A DNA stretch of 64,000 nucleotides from Syntrophales bacterium (lineage in GTDB: Bacteria; Desulfobacterota; Syntrophia; Syntrophales; PHBD01): the NCBI GenBank assembly GCA_963668175.1, contig OY764159.1, positions 3,904,001 to 3,968,000 on the forward strand, in the 5' to 3' direction. The notes below the pieces were generated by a model. That model had not been told where the DNA came from, made no database searches, and saw nothing but the letters and a program-made list of their open reading frames with translations. The position numbers and the translations under genes are program-made. Shown piece after piece: positions 58,099 to 64,000 of this stretch. The first letter of the stretch is position 1. Each line of letters begins with the position of its first letter.

Positions 58099-58884
58099 TT
58101 ACCTCTTTAAATTGTTGATGATCGACAGCATATTATCCGCCGTCTGAATCGCTTTGGAATTGATCTCGTATGCCCGTTGCCCCGTGATCATTTTAACCAT
58201 TTCATCGATAACGCTGACATTCGACTGTTCCAGGTTATACTGGCTGACGGTGCCGCGCGAATCCGAATTCGGATATCCGACGACGGGATCTCCGGAACCG
58301 TCCGTTTTTCCGTAAAGGTTACGTCCCAGGCTGTTAAGACCTGACGGGTTGATGAACTGGGCGATTTCCAGACGTCCCGTACTGATGACTGTCCCCGTAC
58401 TGTCGGAGGCCGTCCAGGTCCCGTCCTTTTGGAGCGTAAACGTCACCGTCTTGGGATCAATGGTGATGGACGGTATGAGCTGCAGTCCGTCCTGATTCAC
58501 AACGAGGCCGTCTTTGTTGGGCCTGAAATTGCCGGCCCGGGTGTAAACGGTATTGCCGTTTCCGTCGTCGACCTGGAAGAATCCGTCTCCTTCGATGGCC
58601 CAGTCAAATTGATTGGCGGTGCCTACGTAATCGCCTTGGCTGAAGATCTTCTGGGTCCCGGCGGGCCTTGACCCCATGCCGATTTCCATGCCGGTGGGAA
58701 GCGCCGTGCCCGCCGCCGAGAGGGCGCCGGCCGTCGCATAGACCTGGTACATGAGATCCTGAAAATTCGCCCTCGATTTCTTGAAGCCGATCGTACTTAC
58801 ATTGGCGAGATTGTTCGCCACGACGTCCTGATCGATCTGCTGGGCTTGCATGCCCGTTGCCGCCGTCCACAGGGACCTTATCAT
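58099..58884 (-). CDS. flgG: Flagellar distal rod protein
   Basis: MIRSLWTAATGM.AQQ...DV.ANNLANV.T.GFKK.RA.FQDL.YQ; LEQSNV....EMV.MI..QRAYE.NSK. Confidence 0.97.
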   Translation of the reverse strand: MIRSLWTAATGMQAQQIDQDVVANNLANVSTIGFKKSRANFQDLMYQVYATAGALSAAGTALPTGMEIGMGSRPAGTQKIFSQGDYVGTANQFDWAIEGDGFFQVDDGNGNTVYTRAGNFRPNKDGLVVNQDGLQLIPSITIDPKTVTFTLQKDGTWTASDSTGTVISTGRLEIAQFINPSGLNSLGRNLYGKTDGSGDPVVGYPNSDSRGTVSQYNLEQSNVSVIDEMVKMITGQRAYEINSKAIQTADNMLSIINNLKR

Positions 58885-58903
58885 GATACGCCTCCTTTTA
58901 CCT

Positions 58904-59620
58904 CTAAGCCGTCAGTCTGCCGACGCGGCTGGTCGATAGTTTATCCATATCCTGCATGGTGAGAATGACCTTCTGATACGTTTCAAAAGAACGCTGAAGG
59001 TCGATCATGTCGATCATTTCCTTGGTGGCCTGAACATTCGATACTTCCAGGTGTCCGGACAGGATCACCGGATTCTCGACCGCCTTCATCCTTGCGCTGC
59101 CGGGGTCTTTAAACAGGCCCGCCCCCTGTTTGACGAGGGCCTTCTTATCGTCAAACGCGACGACTTTCAGCCGGCCGACTTCAACGCCGTCGACCTCCAC
59201 GACACCTTGGTCGTTGATCTTGACCTTGCTCCCCGTGATGACGATGGCCCCCCCGTCACCCATCACTTCCTCACCCGAGGAGGTAACCAGCTTGCCGTCG
59301 GATGTGACGGTGAAATCGCCCTTCCTCGTATAGACGATGTCCCCCCTGGTCTGGACGGCGAAAAAACCATCGCCGTGGATGGCCACGTCGAGCGGATTTC
59401 CCGTCTTCTGAATGGCGCCTTGGGAATAATCGATGGACAGCAGGGGTGTATGCACGGGAACCTGATCCGATCCGGGCTTCGGCGTTTGACTGATGTAATA
59501 GTACAGATGTTCGGTCTTGAATCCCGACGTCGTGACATTCGCAATGTTGTTCGACACGCGATCAAGCTGTTCTATGTTACGAACGCACAATTTTCCGACA
59601 TCGGTTACGTCATAGGACAT
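58904..59620 (-). CDS. flgF: Flagellar rod protein FlgF
   Basis: SNNIANV.TSGFK, TGNPLDVAI.GDGFF, YTR.G.F, LEVSNV..EM..MI..QRSFE; immediately upstream of flgG. Confidence 0.9.
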   Translation of the reverse strand: MSYDVTDVGKLCVRNIEQLDRVSNNIANVTTSGFKTEHLYYYISQTPKPGSDQVPVHTPLLSIDYSQGAIQKTGNPLDVAIHGDGFFAVQTRGDIVYTRKGDFTVTSDGKLVTSSGEEVMGDGGAIVITGSKVKINDQGVVEVDGVEVGRLKVVAFDDKKALVKQGAGLFKDPGSARMKAVENPVILSGHLEVSNVQATKEMIDMIDLQRSFETYQKVILTMQDMDKLSTSRVGRLTA

Positions 59621-59658
59621 GGTCTGCCGCTCCGGATAGTCATTTATTGGACCATCGA

Positions 59659-59674
59659 AGCAAGTTACATGCCA
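59659..59674 (-). promoter_or_regulatory. sigma54 promoter of the flgF operon
   Basis: Minus strand TGGCATGTAACTTGCT closely matches TGGCAC-N5-TTGCW. Confidence 0.85.
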
Positions 59675-59928
59675 TCCGCATATCTCACGTCAGAACCTAT
59701 GTATTATCATCTCGATATTAAAGAGGATTTACTTATGAGAGATCCGTGAGACCGGGCACATCCTGACCGTTTCTGAGGGATATTTTGGGCCTGATCGGCG
59801 AAGATGGGAGCCGTTCGATTTTAACGGCGGCACCGCCTCTGCCGCATCTGTCGCCGGTTACAGCGACCAAGGGCAGAAGAATGGAGGGTGAAAGACGGCG
59901 GAAAATTTTTCCCGTTCGAGGGAAACGC

Positions 59929-60222
59929 TTACCCCGATTGCTTTTCCTGCCATTGCGAATTCAGGGTATAAACAAAGGCGAGGATTTCGGCGATCGCATG
60001 GTATAGTTCCACGGGTATCTGCTCGTCTAAATCGAGCTTGCTCAGCACCTGGACGAGATTCGGATCACTTTTAATCGGAATGTTGTGTTGTTTCGCCAGT
60101 TCGATAATTCTCTCGGCAAGGAGCCCTTCCCCCTTGGCGGTGACCCTGGGAGCCGAATCCTTGCGATTGTCGTATTCGATGGCCGCAGCCATCGGCAGAC
60201 GTTTCTTATCTTCTTTCTTCAT
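59929..60222 (-). CDS. FlhB C-terminal-like (EscU/YscU/HrcU family) small protein
   Basis: A.A..Y....SAPRV.AKG.G..AE.II..A..H.IPI..D..LV..L.KL.L...IP..LY.A.AEILAF.Y. Confidence 0.9.
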   Translation of the reverse strand: MKKEDKKRLPMAAAIEYDNRKDSAPRVTAKGEGLLAERIIELAKQHNIPIKSDPNLVQVLSKLDLDEQIPVELYHAIAEILAFVYTLNSQWQEKQSG

Positions 60223-60243
60223 CGGATAAGTCCGGAATTCAAA

Positions 60244-61479
60244 TCAGGCAATAACATGGACGGCGTGCTCCGCATAAAAATTCTGCCCGCTGATATACTG
60301 ATGCTTCTCCTCGGCAATGCTCTTTTCCAGACTGCAGGAGAGAAAATCGATCTTGTAACCCTGTGCGGCAAGGCTGTTCTCCAGGAAAGGAAGCTGCGCT
60401 GCGGCAAAAGCGCGAACCGGTTCCGTTTCGCACTTCATGGTACAGTTGATTCTTTTCTCACGAATATTCGCATCCACCATGACGCTGCCGATGGCATCCA
60501 TGTCCAGGAAGAAGACGACCCGGTACGCTCTGCCCGCAGGGTCTTTTTTTTCCGCATCCCGGTCTTTCTCGATGTAGACTTCCGCCATGCGAATCCCGCC
60601 CTGCAACTGAAAGGGTATTTGCAGCATGAAACGATTGTCGCTTTCCTGCAAAAGGACGTTGACGACCTGCTGCGACTCCAGGGACTTAACCGCGCGGCCG
60701 GCGAAGTCGCCCAGGCGGTTCAATTGCTGCAGGACTTTCTCGTCTTTAACAGCGCCTTTCTCGAAGAGCCGTTCGATATCGTCCGATAATCTCATCAACT
60801 GCCCTTTGAGGTTGTCGGCGGCGGCCTTCACCCTGCCGGCATCGTCCGGTGCCGCCGTCTCCGACTCCCCTTTGCTGACGGCTGTTCCGGCTCTGTTCTC
60901 TTTCACCTGCTCCTTGACGATCTTCATGAGATTATTTTCCAGAACGAGGCCCAGCTTGGATATATAGTCTTTCACGAAATCGGGTTCGCTGGTGCTCGAC
61001 TGGGTGAAGACAATCTCCTGAAAGCTTTTAAGAAGGATTTTGAGGTCTTCTTTGTTCAGGTTCCGGGAAAGATCGTCCCACATCTGAGGCGTCAGGACCT
61101 CCCGAGACTCCGTGATTACCGTCTTCAGTGCATCGGGGTTGGATCTATGCAGCAGCAGATACTCCTTCAGGGGCTGCATTTCTTTCAGCCGTCCGGCCTC
61201 CGCCTGATCCTGGGAGAGAACGCGAAGAACGACCTTGGGCTGAATCTGATCGACTTTGACGGCGATCTTCTCCCCTTCTGTCAGAGGAATTTCAGAATCG
61301 GCTGTGATACGCTGGTTCTTCATGACCAGAACGACTTTCTGGCTGTCAAGCTTCTCCCCTACAAGGGCATCGATGACTTCCCCTTTGGTAAACAGCGAGG
61401 CAAGTTCTTTGATCTTAAAATTCTCAATCGCTTGGCTCAGCGGCTGGGACGAGATATCAGTGAGATTAATGAATGGCAT
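60244..61479 (-). CDS. FliK-like hook-length control domain protein
   Basis: C-terminal V.F.LDM.AIG.V.V......I..........L..L...L...GY (FliK-C-like); paired with the FlhB-C gene. Confidence 0.7.
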   Translation of the reverse strand: MPFINLTDISSQPLSQAIENFKIKELASLFTKGEVIDALVGEKLDSQKVVLVMKNQRITADSEIPLTEGEKIAVKVDQIQPKVVLRVLSQDQAEAGRLKEMQPLKEYLLLHRSNPDALKTVITESREVLTPQMWDDLSRNLNKEDLKILLKSFQEIVFTQSSTSEPDFVKDYISKLGLVLENNLMKIVKEQVKENRAGTAVSKGESETAAPDDAGRVKAAADNLKGQLMRLSDDIERLFEKGAVKDEKVLQQLNRLGDFAGRAVKSLESQQVVNVLLQESDNRFMLQIPFQLQGGIRMAEVYIEKDRDAEKKDPAGRAYRVVFFLDMDAIGSVMVDANIREKRINCTMKCETEPVRAFAAAQLPFLENSLAAQGYKIDFLSCSLEKSIAEEKHQYISGQNFYAEHAVHVIA

Positions 61480-61562
61480 GATTCAGAGGACCCTATGGAG
61501 CGGGCCTGGACTTCGACCCGTCAAAACCGCTTCTGAATATGAAACCGATCGGCACCTGCAGA

Positions 61563-62042
61563 TTAGCGGCTGCTCTCCCTTTTTAGGGCAAGGTCGACGA
61601 TCAATTCAATTTCGCCTTCCGCCAGGCCGGATACCCGCGAGATCTCCGCATTACTCAATCCCTGTTTGGAGAGACGTACAACATCGCCGTAAACATTTTC
61701 CGGAACGGGAGGATGATTCTCTTTTGCGGCCTGGTTCTTTCTGAGTTTCTCGATTTGCTCTTCCGATTGACCTATCAGGCCTCGGATAACCTTTTCCTTG
61801 GCATCGAGGGTTGCAGAAATATCCTTTAGAACTTCCCGGCCGTCTTCCAGTGCTTGCAGGAAATGGGTGCCGAATACCTGCGACTCGTCAAGCAATCGCC
61901 GGAACTCGTTCAGGGATTTGTCGTCAAGCCTCTTGATGGGTTGCCGGACATTTTTACGGATGACCCAGAGGAGGAAAAGAACTGCGAGGCACAGGATAAT
62001 ATCGGCAACAATCTGGAGGATGAGTAGTGTCTGGATATCCAT
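61563..62042 (-). CDS. Membrane-anchored coiled-coil protein (DUF2802/SwrB-like)
   Basis: N-terminal TM helix, coiled coil, C-terminal Y..V.RL..QG.S..EI....GL..GEIELI..L. Confidence 0.7.
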   Translation of the reverse strand: MDIQTLLILQIVADIILCLAVLFLLWVIRKNVRQPIKRLDDKSLNEFRRLLDESQVFGTHFLQALEDGREVLKDISATLDAKEKVIRGLIGQSEEQIEKLRKNQAAKENHPPVPENVYGDVVRLSKQGLSNAEISRVSGLAEGEIELIVDLALKRESSR

Positions 62043-62146
62043 GATGAAATCAACAGTGTCGATGGGTGAGAAGAGATCGCCGGCAGTGGGTTTGATCGGG
62101 GACTGGATCGAAGTTCATTATGTATCGCCCGAGCAAAGGCGAAGCT

Positions 62147-62467
62147 TCAGGCCTTGATATCAATGATGGACCCTTCGTCGGACAAAAGTTCCGTCGTCCC
62201 TTTGGTTTTATCCGTGTCCTGGCGACCGTCCCTTTTGCGTTTTCCCATCTCCCTCTGTTCGCCCCGACCTCCTTCTTTCTCCGTGATCTTGGTTCCCCTG
62301 GCCTCTTCCGCATCCGTGATCTTTTCCCGCAGCAGTTTCTGCTCCTCATTCAACTTCAAGTCGAAATACCGCTGCTGAATGTCGGCGTGTTGCTGCTGTG
62401 TTTGCTGAACCTTTTCAGCAGGATACGCTTGCGTAATCACCTGCTGCATGTCGATCGCCCTGACCAT
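62147..62467 (-). CDS. Small flagellar-region hypothetical protein
   Basis: MVRAIDMQ..Q-rich..GSIIDIKA; GGAG/AAGGA RBS before ATG 62467. Confidence 0.7.
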   Translation of the reverse strand: MVRAIDMQQVITQAYPAEKVQQTQQQHADIQQRYFDLKLNEEQKLLREKITDAEEARGTKITEKEGGRGEQREMGKRKRDGRQDTDKTKGTTELLSDEGSIIDIKA

Positions 62468-62536
62468 ATCCTTGTCTCCATGAAATGCCGGCTTATAGAT
62501 GGATAATCGACCTGATTCAAACGATTCTTTAATGCT

Positions 62537-62564
62537 ATTTTGCCTTATGGTCACGTAATGTCAA
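62537..62564 (-). promoter_or_regulatory. Possible sigma70-type promoter
   Basis: Minus strand TTGACA-N16-CAAAAT in an AT-rich intergenic gap. Confidence 0.35.
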
Positions 62565-62597
62565 GAAATTTTATTACTATCGCACGGTGTTTAACCG

Positions 62598-63167
62598 TTA
62601 CAGGACCTCCATTTTTGTAAAGTTGACCTCCGTCACCGTCCCCGCTCCCAGGAGAGTATTCAACCGATCGCTGATCTCCTTTTTCAGCTTGTGACTCTCT
62701 TCCGTAGATTTCCACCAATCGGTCGCCGTTCCCTTTGCGGCGACGTAGATGATATTACGGATGTCTACCCGCTTATCCATGTCCGCACCGGCCCGTTTGG
62801 GGGCAATCTGCAAGGCGACATCGCATACCAGAATTCTGAGATTTCCCTTGTTGTCTTTGACGCTGATCATGAAATCGTTGAGATTCACGACCGTCGGTGT
62901 TCTGGCGAGCCGGGCTTCGGCTTCCATCCTCTCCCTGGCCGCCGCCTTCTCTTTTTGGTCCTTGATCCACAGGAACGTCCCCAAGACGGAAAGGCTGATC
63001 GCCAGGATCGTCACCCCGAGAAGCGTCAAGAGAAGAAATTGCCTGCTTGTATACCAGCGGGCGGGTTTCTCCTGTAAATCGGATGCCTCTTTTTCGACGT
63101 CTGCGACCTCCTCTACCGTGGTTGCTTCCAAGTCGGTGAGGAGATCAAGCTTTACCTTCTCAATCAT
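62598..63167 (-). CDS. fliL: FliL-family basal body-associated protein
   Basis: TM helix followed by L.DF.I..........IR..I..........LK.EI..RLN..LG.G.V.EV.FT; downstream of fliA. Confidence 0.7.
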   Translation of the reverse strand: MIEKVKLDLLTDLEATTVEEVADVEKEASDLQEKPARWYTSRQFLLLTLLGVTILAISLSVLGTFLWIKDQKEKAAARERMEAEARLARTPTVVNLNDFMISVKDNKGNLRILVCDVALQIAPKRAGADMDKRVDIRNIIYVAAKGTATDWWKSTEESHKLKKEISDRLNTLLGAGTVTEVNFTKMEVL

Positions 63168-63288
63168 GGAGATTCTCTTCTTGGCGGCAGAACCTGACCA
63201 GATTTCTCATGCCCGGTCAACAATGGCGGAAAATGAAATGTTCGAAATGATAGGCCTGATCGGCTGCCTAATTTACCGATGCCCCATG

Positions 63289-63999
63289 TTATCTCAGGTC
63301 CTTGACTGTGGCGCGTAACCGGATGACCGCCTGGGCATGGACCTGACATACCCGCGACTCCGTGAGATCCAGCACGGCGCCGATTTCCTTCATGGTCAGT
63401 TCTTCATAATAGTACAAAGACAGGACGAGCCTTTCCTTGGCGGGAAGTCCGTCGATGGCCTGTTTCAGTTTTTCCTTCAGTTCCCTGTTCGAAAGAAGAC
63501 CGAAGGGGTTGTCCCTTTGAATGCTCTCGAGAACGTCATGCTGCCCGTGGGTTTCCATATATTCGGGCGGAAGGTCTTCGCTGTTGATGAGCGACACCCC
63601 CCTCGCTTCATCGAGAATCCTGAAATACTCCTCCAGATCGATGCCCAAAAGCGCGGCCACTTCTTCATCTTCGGGCGGTCTCCCCAGTTGCTTTTCCAGC
63701 GTGCTGTACGCCTTTTCGAGCATGCTGTCCTTGCCGCGAGTCGATCGGGGCACCCAGTCCCGCATCCTCAATTCATCCAGGATGGCTCCCCTGATCCGGA
63801 ATCTCGCATAGGTCTCGAACTGGACGTTACGGCTCTCGTCATATTTGCTCAGGGCCGACATCAGACCGATGACGCCGACGTGAACGAGGTCTTCCTTGTC
63901 CGCAGCATGAATGGGAAGTTTCGCCGTTACCCGACCGACAATGCTTTTTACGAGCGGCGTATACTTCAAAACCAGTTCATCGCGATTCTTCTTATCCAC
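63289..63999 (-). CDS. fliA: RNA polymerase sigma28 FliA (start may lie beyond the window)
   Basis: Y.PLVK.IV, DLV.VG.IGL, FETYA.FRIRGAILDELR..DW.PRS.R, LSLYYYEELTMKEIG.VL.LTESRVCQ.H. Confidence 0.97.
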   Translation of the reverse strand: MDKKNRDELVLKYTPLVKSIVGRVTAKLPIHAADKEDLVHVGVIGLMSALSKYDESRNVQFETYARFRIRGAILDELRMRDWVPRSTRGKDSMLEKAYSTLEKQLGRPPEDEEVAALLGIDLEEYFRILDEARGVSLINSEDLPPEYMETHGQHDVLESIQRDNPFGLLSNRELKEKLKQAIDGLPAKERLVLSLYYYEELTMKEIGAVLDLTESRVCQVHAQAVIRLRATVKDLR

Positions 64000-64000
64000 G

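Noticed and set aside
63198..63213. sigma54-like GGGCATGAGAAATCTG upstream of fliL
   Set aside because: There is no usable -12 element (CT instead of GC, and no TTG).
1..64000. CRISPR arrays, IS/integrase/prophage genes, rRNA, tRNA
   Set aside because: I saw no short spaced repeats, no transposase, integrase or phage ORFs, and no RNA-gene signatures. Intergenic gaps are short.

Overview
The window holds a flagellar gene cluster joined to a very large protein-glycosylation and tailoring island. The host is a GC-rich bacterium; gene content resembles Desulfobacterota/Syntrophales, which is inference only. From 64000 down to 48113 the minus strand carries fliA (possibly cut at the edge), fliL-like, two small flagellar hypotheticals, fliK-like, flhB-C-like, flgFGAHIJMNKL, one short alphaproteobacterial-style flagellin, an unknown gene, flbT and flaF. 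Directly downstream lie about 48 kb of sugar-nucleotide, glycosyltransferase (GT), methyltransferase and radical-SAM genes in two convergent blocks (+ strand 1-26270, - strand 26377-47805). Thirteen of these proteins carry TPR-like segments. Main points: (1) four radical-SAM domains, one fused as TPR-GT2-HpnJ-like B12 radical SAM; (2) four tandem TPR-GT genes built from near-identical, compositionally skewed DNA modules (2059 bp x2; 950/800 bp x3) in mix-and-match combinations; (3) sigma54, sigma28/FlgM and FlbT/FlaF control elements together, including a glycosylation sub-operon whose sigma54 site nearly matches that of flgF; (4) an Asp-box domain shared by FlgK and FlgL. I saw no rRNA, tRNA, CRISPR array or mobile element. 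All family assignments come from motif recognition by eye; no database search was run.
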